Assembly (NCBI RefSeq): GCF_000015145.1
Contig: NC_008818.1
Location: 720,001-752,000, forward strand
Direction: 5' to 3'
From: Hyperthermus butylicus DSM 5456
GTDB taxonomy: Archaea; Thermoproteota; Thermoprotei_A; Sulfolobales; Pyrodictiaceae
Length of the DNA stretch: 32,000 bases
Made by a program: the position numbers and the translations under genes. Numbering within the stretch: the first letter of the stretch is position 1; each line of letters begins with the position of its first letter. Below, in pieces: positions 18,333-27,070 of the stretch. Below the pieces are notes generated by a model. The model was not told where the DNA came from, did not search any database, and saw only the letters and a program-made list of their open reading frames with translations.

Positions 18333-19349
18333 GTGTTTGTGGGGGTTGGCGGGCTGTTGTACGTTGTTCTTGGCCGTAGCGGGTTGAGGGTTTCGCGTGT
18401 AGGGCTTGGATTGTGGCAGGCTGGTAGCCGGCTGTGGGGCGGCGTTAGCTTGGGCGATGTTGTTGCTGCTGCTGAGCGCGGCCTCGAGCTTGGCTTGAAC
18501 CTGTTTGATACCGCTGAGCTGTATGGTGCTGGTAGGAGTGAGGCTCTCCTCGGGGAGGCTCTGCGCCGCGCCGGCGCCCGTGACGGTGTTGTGGTTGTCA
18601 CCAAGGTTGCTGGGTATCGTGTCACGTGGGCTGGTGTTAGGAAGGCGCTGGAGGGTTCCCGGCGGCGCCTCGGCAGGAGCCCGGACATAGTGCTCTACCA
18701 TTGGCCTCCACCTGTGCCCTTCACTGTGTGCCGTGTTGTTAGGCTGCTGGAGCGCGCTGTGGATGAGGGGTTGGCGGCGTATATGGGTGTAAGTAATTTC
18801 AACGCGCGGGAGCTCGAGGAGGCTGTCCAGTGCACCCGGCGCCACGAGATAGTCGTGGACCAGGTCCACTACAGTATTGCCCACCGTGTCCCGGAGAACC
18901 GGCTGATACCTACGGCGCGGAGGCTCGGCGTAACAGTCATGGCGTGGGGGCCGCTGGCAAAGGGCGCCCTCGCCGGGAAGACCAGGGCAGACAACATGGC
19001 CCGGAGGCTTGACCCGGTATTCCGGGAGGCGGCGAGGGACGACAAGCTATTGGAGACGCTGAGGAGGGCAGCTGAAAAGCTGGGCGTCAGCATGGCCGTT
19101 GTAGCACTAGCATGGCTTCATGGCAGGGGCGTGGTCCCAGTAGCTGGCGTTAGGAGGCCACGCCACGCCGAGGAGGCTGCAAAGGCTGCTAGGACAGAGC
19201 TACCCCCAGAAATCGCGGGAGAGATAGACGAGGCCTCCAAGAAGTATGTAGCGAGGTGGGGTACCTGCTACAACGAGTTACACTGGAACAGGTACATCCC
19301 ACCGCCACTCCAACACCTCATCTACCGGCTCATCCTGAGGGGAATCTAG
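18333..19349 (+). CDS. Aldo/keto reductase
   Basis: VLGRSGLRVSRVGLGLWQAG, GLNLFDTAELYGAGRSEALLGEALR, VVTKVAG, DIVLYHWPPP, YMGVSNFNARELEEA, VTVMAWGPLAKGALAGK, GVVPVAGVRRPRHAEE. Confidence 0.93.
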   Translation: MFVGVGGLLYVVLGRSGLRVSRVGLGLWQAGSRLWGGVSLGDVVAAAERGLELGLNLFDTAELYGAGRSEALLGEALRRAGARDGVVVVTKVAGYRVTWAGVRKALEGSRRRLGRSPDIVLYHWPPPVPFTVCRVVRLLERAVDEGLAAYMGVSNFNARELEEAVQCTRRHEIVVDQVHYSIAHRVPENRLIPTARRLGVTVMAWGPLAKGALAGKTRADNMARRLDPVFREAARDDKLLETLRRAAEKLGVSMAVVALAWLHGRGVVPVAGVRRPRHAEEAAKAARTELPPEIAGEIDEASKKYVARWGTCYNELHWNRYIPPPLQHLIYRLILRGI

Positions 19350-19455
19350 ACAGCTCCTACGCCACGGCAGTAGGGCCAGTAGCCCCGCCCCCTATGGGAG
19401 ACCCGGGAAAGCCTAATCACCCTTCCCCTCCCGCTGGGTAGTGTGGCGAGGCCTC

Positions 19456-20289
19456 TTGTGCCGAATGCTCGGCGCCGCGTGGTTCGGCGCAGAGGGCTCC
19501 CGGCTAGCCGCGCGGCTGGCAGGACTCCTCTACGAGGCGGCCCGGAGCGACCCCCTCCTCGAGGCCATCACGGGGGATGCCAGGCACTGCCACGGCTACG
19601 GCTACCTGCTGGTCTACAGTGATGGGCGTGGCTGGAGGATCCTATGGGAGCGTTACGATGCGGCAGACGAGCTCGGCCCGGGCGAGGAGTCCTGCAGAGC
19701 CAACCTCGACGCGCTGGGCTGGGCTGCCGAGAGACTGGCAAGCCTCGTCGAGGGCACGGCTAGAGGCGTACTGATGCTCCACGCCCGGCGCGCCAGTAGA
19801 GGCGAGCCCCGCGGCTCCCTCCACGCACACCCCTACCTGCACGGCATACCGGGCCGCAACGGCTACCGCATGCTCGCACTCATGCACAACGGAAGCGTGC
19901 ACAAGGACGGGCTAGCCCTACTACTCGGCGTAGACCCGGCAGCCTACACCGACACCCACCTCCTAGCAGTATGGCTCGCGAGGCAGCTAGGCACCGGCAG
20001 AACCATGGAGGAAGCCGTGAGGGAGGCCGAGAAGTACACGAAGACAGCCCTAGACATAGTCCTAGCAGACATAGCGCCAGGCCCAAGCATAAGCCTCTAC
20101 ATCTACTCCCACCTCCCAGAGGGGCTGGACGCCAACAGGTTAGAATACTACAAGCCAGTAGTATTCACAGCCGGAGAGGCGAAAGGCTACATGTCCTCGA
20201 CACTGAAACTCCTAGCCGAAAAGAGGGGCTTGAAACTCGAGACAGACGAGACAATAGGCAAGCTCTACCACGTAAAAGTTACAGGGTAG
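19456..20289 (+). CDS. Class II (Ntn) glutamine amidotransferase family protein; TTG start at 19456 proposed
   Basis: The ORF from 19441 contains ...LLCRMLG. Starting at TTG 19456 gives MCRMLG with Cys2 as nucleophile. Downstream: RASRGEPRGSLHAHPYL, ALMHNGSVHKDG, TDTHLLAVWLARQL. Confidence 0.82.
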   Translation: MCRMLGAAWFGAEGSRLAARLAGLLYEAARSDPLLEAITGDARHCHGYGYLLVYSDGRGWRILWERYDAADELGPGEESCRANLDALGWAAERLASLVEGTARGVLMLHARRASRGEPRGSLHAHPYLHGIPGRNGYRMLALMHNGSVHKDGLALLLGVDPAAYTDTHLLAVWLARQLGTGRTMEEAVREAEKYTKTALDIVLADIAPGPSISLYIYSHLPEGLDANRLEYYKPVVFTAGEAKGYMSSTLKLLAEKRGLKLETDETIGKLYHVKVTG

Positions 20290-21531
20290 CAGGCAACACG
20301 ACACCACGTCCACGCCGATAGACACCACGGACCAGTACACCGGTAGAGGCTTCGGCCTCGCCCTCGCTCATCACCCGCTGGGGCTCAGCCCCCTCCAGAC
20401 CGCCTCCACACAGCCGCCAATGGGGTTTCAGCAGCACACGCCTCCCCTATTCTCACTAGATGCCACGCCACAATACTGCTAGCGCACGAGCCCAACCACA
20501 GGCGTTAACGAGTACAGTCGTGCCATACATGTCCATATCGGTGGCCCCGCGCCCGCTAGGGAAGCATGTTCAACAACATCGTTATAGGGGCGAGGAACTA
20601 CTATAGCCTGAATGTGAGGGTGTGATGACCCGTCCACCTCCTGCTGCAGAGCCCAGGAGCGGAGGGCTGTGAAGTATTTGGGCGCCGCTGACCCCTGCAA
20701 GGGGCAAGTTGTAGACCATGATGGCGGCTTTGGCGGGCGTTTCTCCCAGCTGCCTGCTAACAGCGCGGGCTACAAGCCGGCCCCTCAACCGGCAAGCTAC
20801 CCGAAGCACCATTACCCCTACAAAGCCATAGCCGTGGATCGCTAGTCCCTGCAGACCGAAAAGCCGCATGCCTCTACCAACCTCTTGTTCACCTCTGGTT
20901 CTTAACCTCAAACCCTCCAGCCGTATGGTCCCAGCCCGGTACCGCCTCTTGCGGGGTAGGCGAGGGAGAGGATGGAACACATCCCCGCCACGTACTGTGA
21001 TGGGCGACTTGTCGCCCCTGCAGAGATCGAGCCCCCAGTAATCTCCCGGGTGGATGGTTGGAGCGCCTCGCGTCTTGCTTTAGACGCCACATGCCGGGGA
21101 TGCTTGTGCTGCTCAACACGGTCTCCGAGCAAGAGTATGGTGTGCCGTTTCCCGTACTGCTCGCCGAGCGTAGCGAGGCAGCGCTGCTGCCCACATGGCT
21201 TCCAAGTATCTATCCATGTGCCGCCGCTACGCCATCTGCTCTGATGGTGAGCATAGCACTAGGCTATTGTCTGCCCCTCGCTAGCTGGACGCCCCGGCTG
21301 GGGCTCGTGTTATTGGTGTGGGCTCCCCATCCCCTAACTCGCAAGGTTCTACTATACCCTATGGGGCCTACACGGCTGCGTATGCTTGCATTACTGGTTA
21401 CTCCCTGCTGCCGCCGCTGTGCTGGCAGTGCATAGTGGTGGCCGCGACGGTGGCGTGGCTACAGCTCGCTTGTCTAGGGGAGCGGTACCCGTATCACCCG
21501 GGGCACTAATACCTCCCCACGGGGCTCCTGG

Positions 21532-21870
21532 ATGAGCGAGCTGCAGCGGCTCGCTAGGCTCCTCGGAGAAGCCTATCGCTCGCTGCGCGAAACACTAGAC
21601 GTCTTCAGCGATATAACCCGGGGCATCGAGGAGCAGCTACGCAGAGAGTTGCTCAACGCCCTATATCGGTTCCCGGAACCCCGGACCCCCAGCCGGGAGG
21701 AGCTCGAAGCTGAGATTAGAAGGCTCCTAGGCCTCAAGGAGGGTGAGAGTCTTGGAATACTCGCCGGAGAAAGGCTTGATCGCCGTAGCGCTAATACCGA
21801 ATCCCAGCTGCGAACCCGGCCAGGCGATACTAGAGATAGCGTCGAGGCTGGACGGGAGAAGGCTGGGTAA
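21532..21870 (+). CDS. Hypothetical helical protein; possibly the first part of one gene with 21743..22255
   Basis: MSELQRLARLLGEAYRSLRETLDVFSDITRGIEEQLRRELLNALYRFPEPRTPSREELEAEIRRLLGLKEG is protein-like. The remaining about 40 residues overlap the next ORF in another frame and look non-coding. Confidence 0.4.
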   Translation: MSELQRLARLLGEAYRSLRETLDVFSDITRGIEEQLRRELLNALYRFPEPRTPSREELEAEIRRLLGLKEGESLGILAGERLDRRSANTESQLRTRPGDTRDSVEAGREKAG

Positions 21871-22255
21871 CTGCCTGGTAATAGAGGCAGATATGGACGC
21901 CATATCCCTCGCAGACATCGTCGCCGACCACGGTGCTGAGAGACTTGTTATCCTAGGCCCGCTAGACGAGCCCGACAAGCCCCAGGGCATACTGAGGCTG
22001 GGAGAATACAGCTACATCCAGCCCGACGCTATCGACCCCGAGGAGCTGGTGAGTAGGCTCTGGCCGAATCTCACCGGCAAACTCTCCATACGAGACTACA
22101 TTGAGGCTCTACGCTTCTTCCACAAGGGCGTCTTCGAGGCCTACGCATGCAATACTGCTGGCGGAAGGATAGACCGCGAGACCTGTAGAAGACTTGTCGA
22201 GGACTGGCTACGAAGGCTTTGCAGAGTCCATGGAGAGCAGGATCAGCGGCAATAA
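21743..22255 (+). CDS. Hypothetical protein, convergent with hypF
   Basis: 170 aa, GTG start: VLEYSPEKGLIAVALIPNPSCEPGQAILEIASRLDGRRLGNCLVIEADMDAISLADIVADHGAERLVILGPLDEPDKPQGILRLGEYSY. Confidence 0.5.
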   Translation: MRVLEYSPEKGLIAVALIPNPSCEPGQAILEIASRLDGRRLGNCLVIEADMDAISLADIVADHGAERLVILGPLDEPDKPQGILRLGEYSYIQPDAIDPEELVSRLWPNLTGKLSIRDYIEALRFFHKGVFEAYACNTAGGRIDRETCRRLVEDWLRRLCRVHGEQDQRQ

Positions 22256-22436
22256 CGGGCTAGAATCCCCACGCCAGCACGCAGCGGCTGATGCCACAGC
22301 AGCTCTGCTAGGAACAATGTATGGCTTGCCATGGCCAAACATGGCAGTCCCCGGACGGGCGGGGAGCGCTCATATGCTCCGGGGAGGCCTTGGAACGGGG
22401 ATTGTGGTAAATAGTCTGGCTAGAGTCCCGGGCTTG

Positions 22437-24752
22437 TCACCTTGTTTTGGCTGCTGCCACTATTATTTGGCCTAGGGCTATTCCGCCGTCGCCTGGCGGC
22501 ACCTTGCCAGGTATGTGTACTGTTCTACCATACGCCTTGGCGGCGTCTGCCGCACCCATGTAGATGTAGTCGTTTACTGCTGCACCGCCAGAGATGAGGA
22601 GTGGTTTATCGCGAGCCCCGTCATAGTTTTCTAGCACTGTCTCGGCCAGGTGGCGGCCAACCCAGTACATCACCGTGGCGGCTAGGTGCCAGGGCTCCAC
22701 ACCCTCTTCCAGCTTCTCCACAACCCATTCCAAGACCCGTAGAGGGTCGAGAGCGCTGAGGCCCTTGTAGCTTGTTGCTGGCGGCTCGTCGGGTAGTGGT
22801 TTGCCGCCGTGGCGTCTAGCATAGGCCTCTAGTACTATCGCTGGTTCACCCTCGTAGGTCCTCCTATACCTTAGGCCTAGGAGTGCTGATACCGCGTCGA
22901 GGAGTCTGCCAGCGCTGCTTGCTAGTGGTGTACGGTTGCTCCTGGCAAGCTTGTAGGAGGTTACTGCTTCCTCCTCACTTATCCCCTTGCCAAGGTGGCC
23001 CATCTTCTCGAGTAGCTGTAGTATCTCGTCCAGGCCCCAGCCCTGGGATAGTATGCCTATGAGTATTCTTAGGGGCCTCTTGGTGGCTGTATCGCCGCCC
23101 GGCAAGGGGAACGGCTTTATGGTACCAGTTCTCTCAAACCCTTCAGCACCAGCGATCATGGCCTCGCCACCCCATATAACGCCATCCACGCCGTAGCCTG
23201 CACCATCAACTGTTACCGCCGGGACGTAGTCCCATGGATCCAAGCCAGCATCAGCAGCTGCAGCTACGGCGTGGGCGTGATGATGCTGAACCTCGACGGG
23301 CTCGGCATCTAGCTCTTCTGAGAGCTTTGCAGCTAGCCGTCTACTCTCATAGGCTGGGTGCATGTCGAGAGCAACGCTACTAGGCCTCAGCCCATAGACT
23401 CTTATGAGCCACTTTAGCTCCTCCTCCAGCTCCTCGAGCTGGCCAGGCTCGTCGAGGTCTCCGATGTATTGTGTTAGCACGACCTTATCGTCAAAGCTTA
23501 CTGCCCCAGCTGTTTGCAGGTCGGCTCCAACCGCTACGTGCTCCCCGACGCTGCGGCTGATACGTATCCATTCGGGCGCGTAGCCCCTAGCCCTCCTTAG
23601 GAGTACAGGCTTGCCAGCCGTGAAGCGTACAACACTGTCGTCGACACGGTGTACTATCTCCCTGTTATGCGTGAGTATGTAGTCTATTTCGCCGCCCAAC
23701 TGGTCCAGGATACACTCCACGGTCCTGCACATCGGCATTCCGTGGCGGTTCCCGCTAGTCATTACTAGGAATCCGTCCCGCACCATGTGGAGGAGTAGGA
23801 GGTGGAGCCCAGTGTACGGCAGCATGATGCCCAGGGTGTCCAGGCCGGGGGCCACAAGCGGGGATACCGGGGCATCATCACGTTTTGGGAGTAGGAGTAT
23901 TGGGCGGCGGGGGCTTCGGAGGAGCTGGCATGCATGGGCGTCAAGCGCCACCAGCCCAGCAGCCACACTACAATCCCTAGCCATAAGCGCTAGGGGCTGG
24001 GTGGGCCTGGACTTGATCCTCCTAACCCGGGCCACGACCTCGTCGTCTGTTGCAAGGGATGCTATGTGGAAGCCACCAACCCCCTTGACAGCGACAATAT
24101 GGCCCTCATCTATCAGCCTTGCAGCCTCCGCAACCGGGTCTTCAACGTCTAGAGGCTCGCCACGACCGTCCAAGAGGATGGTTTTGGGGCCGCAGCGGGG
24201 GCAGCTGAAACCCTGCGCATGGTACCTCCTAATATTACCCATGTCCTCGTAGTCGCGGCGGCACTCCTCACAGAAGGGAAATTCTCTCATAGCAGTGTTT
24301 TCACGGTCATAGGGTATGTCGTACATCATCGAGAATCTTGGCCCACACCAGGCACAGCTGGTCCAAGGGTACCTGTAGAACCTTGTACCAGGCTCCAGGA
24401 CCTCCCGGGCGCACCAGTCGCAGATGCCGAAGTCCGGCGGTATCATGCTTCGCTCCTTTCTGCTACGGCTACTCTTCTCTATACGAAACACCGTGAGGCC
24501 ACGAGCTGGTACCGGCTCGACACGCATCTCCTCTATGATGGCTGGTGGTGGCTTCTCCTTCTCCAACAGGCTCACAAACAATCTAAGGCTGTCTGGCGGC
24601 CCCTCAACAAGTATTTCTACCTCAGAGCCGCCCATGTTGCGGACGTAGCCGGCGAGGCCTAGCCTCTCAGCTAGCCGGTGTACAAACGGTCGAAAGCCTA
24701 CACCCTGCACGAGGCCTACAACACGTACCCGTAGTGCTTCACGGTTAGCCAT
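22437..24752 (-). CDS. hypF: Carbamoyltransferase HypF (NiFe hydrogenase maturation)
   Basis: 771 aa: acylphosphatase domain (RVRVVGLVQGVGFRPFVHRLAERLGLAGYVRNMGGSEVEI), Zn-finger CDWCAREVL, CAWCGP, CEECRRDY, CPRCGP, YrdC domain KGVGGFHIASLA, C-terminal VDGAGYGVDGVIWGGE and LLISGGAAVN. Confidence 0.98.
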   Translation of the reverse strand: MANREALRVRVVGLVQGVGFRPFVHRLAERLGLAGYVRNMGGSEVEILVEGPPDSLRLFVSLLEKEKPPPAIIEEMRVEPVPARGLTVFRIEKSSRSRKERSMIPPDFGICDWCAREVLEPGTRFYRYPWTSCAWCGPRFSMMYDIPYDRENTAMREFPFCEECRRDYEDMGNIRRYHAQGFSCPRCGPKTILLDGRGEPLDVEDPVAEAARLIDEGHIVAVKGVGGFHIASLATDDEVVARVRRIKSRPTQPLALMARDCSVAAGLVALDAHACQLLRSPRRPILLLPKRDDAPVSPLVAPGLDTLGIMLPYTGLHLLLLHMVRDGFLVMTSGNRHGMPMCRTVECILDQLGGEIDYILTHNREIVHRVDDSVVRFTAGKPVLLRRARGYAPEWIRISRSVGEHVAVGADLQTAGAVSFDDKVVLTQYIGDLDEPGQLEELEEELKWLIRVYGLRPSSVALDMHPAYESRRLAAKLSEELDAEPVEVQHHHAHAVAAAADAGLDPWDYVPAVTVDGAGYGVDGVIWGGEAMIAGAEGFERTGTIKPFPLPGGDTATKRPLRILIGILSQGWGLDEILQLLEKMGHLGKGISEEEAVTSYKLARSNRTPLASSAGRLLDAVSALLGLRYRRTYEGEPAIVLEAYARRHGGKPLPDEPPATSYKGLSALDPLRVLEWVVEKLEEGVEPWHLAATVMYWVGRHLAETVLENYDGARDKPLLISGGAAVNDYIYMGAADAAKAYGRTVHIPGKVPPGDGGIALGQIIVAAAKTR

Positions 24753-24755
24753 ACG

Positions 24756-25019
24756 CTACTTGCCCCAAACCATTTTCTCTATCTCCTCGGCCTTCTCCTC
24801 CAGGCTCCGGAGAAGCTCCTCTATTTCTCTAACCTGTTTCTCAAGCTCATCCTCTTTAACCTTCTCGATTATAACACCTGCATGCACCATGACCATATCG
24901 CCGGGCTTTAAGTCGCTGATAGCGCTAGCATACACCTCTCTAACAACACCATCGTGAAACTCTACAATCGCGATATCCCCGCGAACCTCCTTAACGAAAC
25001 CGGGGACAGCCAGACACAT
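24756..25019 (-). CDS. hypC: Hydrogenase maturation chaperone HypC/HybG
   Basis: MCLAVPGFVKEV with N-terminal MCxxxP, DLKPGDMVMVHAGVIIEKV. Confidence 0.96.
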   Translation of the reverse strand: MCLAVPGFVKEVRGDIAIVEFHDGVVREVYASAISDLKPGDMVMVHAGVIIEKVKEDELEKQVREIEELLRSLEEKAEEIEKMVWGK

Positions 25020-25122
25020 ACTAGCTACACCTCCAACTTAGAGGGCTTGTCAACAGTGCTATAGGCGCTGCGGCCGATAAAACCACCAGTATAAAGGAGA
25101 AGGTGAGCCATAGCTTCAACCC

Positions 25123-26394
25123 CTATGCGAGCCCCAGCTCTCTCGCTATCTCATCTGCTAGTCCTCCACCGCCGAAGCGGGCCCAGACGCTACATGTACC
25201 CTCGATACTGACCATGCAGGGTCCGTAGGGTGTACCTGGCGTACATACCTTCATGAAGAGTGGGCAGTCCGTCGGCTTGGCGAGGCCCAGGGTTACCTCG
25301 GCGCAGCGACAGCCCGGTGGAAGGTCGTAGCTCCACTCTTCGGGTGTTAGCTCCTTTATCCCGTACTGGTACATGGCGTCGTACCGGCGGTACTTGTCGC
25401 GGAAGGCTAGGCCGCTCTGTGGCACAAAGCCTAGGCCGCGCCACGCAGCATCGGTGACTTCGCAGCACTCATTGATGTAGCGCTGTGCCACCGTGTTGCC
25501 CTCCCAGCGGACTACACGCTTGTACTCGTTTATGAGGCGTGGCCTCCCCTCAGCGAGCATGGCGAGAATGTGGAATATTGCTAGGAGTATATCATGGGCC
25601 TCAAACCCTGCAACAACAGTGGGAACACCGTATTCCCTCGGCACGAACTCCCACGCCTTCGCACCAATAACGGCCGAGACGTGGCCTGGCGCTATAACAC
25701 CGCGTATTGGGGCGTTGCGGTGACGCTCAAAGGTGTAGCGGAGTATTGGCGGTGTGAGTCTGTGCACATTTATGATCGTAAGGTTTTCTGGTACAACACC
25801 GTTAACTAGTGGCGCTGCTACAGCAGGCGCCGTGGTCTCAAACCCTACCGCGAGAAACACGGACTCTTTGCCATCCCTCTTAGCATGCTTCACAGCATCC
25901 ATAAAGCTGTAAACCACTACCACATCGCCGCCAAGAGCACGAGCCTCCTCTAGGCTACGAGGACGTCCCTTATCGCCGAATGGACGGCCCGAGCCAGGCA
26001 GCCGATATGCATCGCCGTAGGTGTAAACACGGATCCCCTCTAGGGCAAACTTTATCGCAATGTCGACGTAGTAGGCGGGTGTTATGCAGACAGGGCAGCC
26101 GGGCCCAGCGACAAGCTCAACACCCTCCGGCATGAGGCTGCGGATTCCATTCCAGACAATGCTGTGTTCATGTGTGCCACAGAAATCCATTATCTTGATG
26201 GTGCCGCCGACACGTCTAATAGCAATAGGCGCAACTCGGTGTATAAGCTCTACAAGCCGGTCAATAACCTTCTTGTCAACCCTCCAGAGGCCGTAGAGGT
26301 TCACAACCTGCTTATCCAGGGTTGACGGGTCCTCCAAGCCATCAAACCCCGGACACCGCGATAGCTTGCAACTCGCCAATATAAACCTAAACAC
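25123..26394 (-). CDS. hypD: Hydrogenase maturation protein HypD
   Basis: IMDFCGTHEHSI, LVAGPGCPVCITP, FLAVGFETTAPAVA, GVIAPGHVSAVIGA, PTVVAGFEAHDIL, CRCAEVTLG, PFMKVCTPGTPYGPCMVS-type motifs. GTG start. Confidence 0.97.
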   Translation of the reverse strand: MFRFILASCKLSRCPGFDGLEDPSTLDKQVVNLYGLWRVDKKVIDRLVELIHRVAPIAIRRVGGTIKIMDFCGTHEHSIVWNGIRSLMPEGVELVAGPGCPVCITPAYYVDIAIKFALEGIRVYTYGDAYRLPGSGRPFGDKGRPRSLEEARALGGDVVVVYSFMDAVKHAKRDGKESVFLAVGFETTAPAVAAPLVNGVVPENLTIINVHRLTPPILRYTFERHRNAPIRGVIAPGHVSAVIGAKAWEFVPREYGVPTVVAGFEAHDILLAIFHILAMLAEGRPRLINEYKRVVRWEGNTVAQRYINECCEVTDAAWRGLGFVPQSGLAFRDKYRRYDAMYQYGIKELTPEEWSYDLPPGCRCAEVTLGLAKPTDCPLFMKVCTPGTPYGPCMVSIEGTCSVWARFGGGGLADEIARELGLA

Positions 26395-26420
26395 GAGTGA
26401 AACGGGGAAGTGTAGGCCAT

Positions 26421-26430
26421 CTTTTTATAG
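26421..26430 (-). promoter_or_regulatory. Candidate archaeal TATA box for hypD (and possibly hypDCF)
   Basis: Minus-strand ctataaaaag centred about 32 nt upstream of the GTG at 26394, compatible with a nearly leaderless transcript. Confidence 0.5.
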
Positions 26431-26513
26431 TTCGCTTCGAGTAGACAAACTAGACGGCTAGCACGCATCCAGGGGGCGTTTCCTTCCGCCTTTCTCGGTG
26501 CTCCTGGCTACTT

Positions 26514-26891
26514 CTAGCTCCCCCGCTCTCTATCGGGTTTTTCCTCGGGGGCTACTAGCACGAGGAGCTTGCCCTCTATGAGTGCCTGGACAAGCTTCTT
26601 ACGGCCGCTCGCTAGCGCTCTCCAAAGCGTACCCCGGGACACGTTCATCTTCTTCGCGGCCTCCTCTTGTGTAAGCCCCTCGTAGTATACTAGTCTCAGC
26701 GCCTCCAGCTCGTCTGGCAATAGGTAGACAGGCTCGCTAGGTATCGGCCTTCCCATCTCGTCTACGGGAACGAAAGCGCGGACACGCGGGCGGAACCATA
26801 TCAGCCGGGGCTTTGGTGGTCTCCCCGGCCGGCTCCATGTCCACCGCCAGCGCCAGGGCCCGCCCGGCATACCTGCCATGTCCTCGTACAC
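26514..26891 (-). CDS. DUF134 family HTH protein
   Basis: YLLPDELEALRLVYYEGLTQEEAAKKMNVSRGTLWRALASGRKKLVQALIEGKLL, preceded by a P/R/W-rich N-terminus. Confidence 0.85.
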   Translation of the reverse strand: MYEDMAGMPGGPWRWRWTWSRPGRPPKPRLIWFRPRVRAFVPVDEMGRPIPSEPVYLLPDELEALRLVYYEGLTQEEAAKKMNVSRGTLWRALASGRKKLVQALIEGKLLVLVAPEEKPDRERGS

Positions 26892-27070
26892 CCTGGGCCT
26901 GTGGCTGTAGTGTGGGACCCTAGTATCGGCAGCGCTAGCCCGGTAGCTTGGGATGCCGGGGCCAGCCCTCCCGGACCCCTACGTCAGCGTGGGAGGTTAC
27001 CGCTCCTCTTGCCGGGGCTCGGGAGTAGTAGGAACTATTTTCTGGCGAGGGCTGTAGGACTTGTTGGGCG

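Noticed and set aside
18164-18884. Minus-strand ORFs of 174 and 193 aa over the aldo/keto reductase start
   Set aside because: Thr/Pro/Asn-biased composition, antisense to a clear aldo/keto reductase.
20620-20690. Possible C/D box sRNA (gtgatga ... ctga)
   Set aside because: Spacing is wrong and no internal D'/C' boxes were found.
23785-24252. 155-aa plus-strand ORF antisense to hypF
   Set aside because: No coherent domain. hypF on the minus strand is unambiguous.
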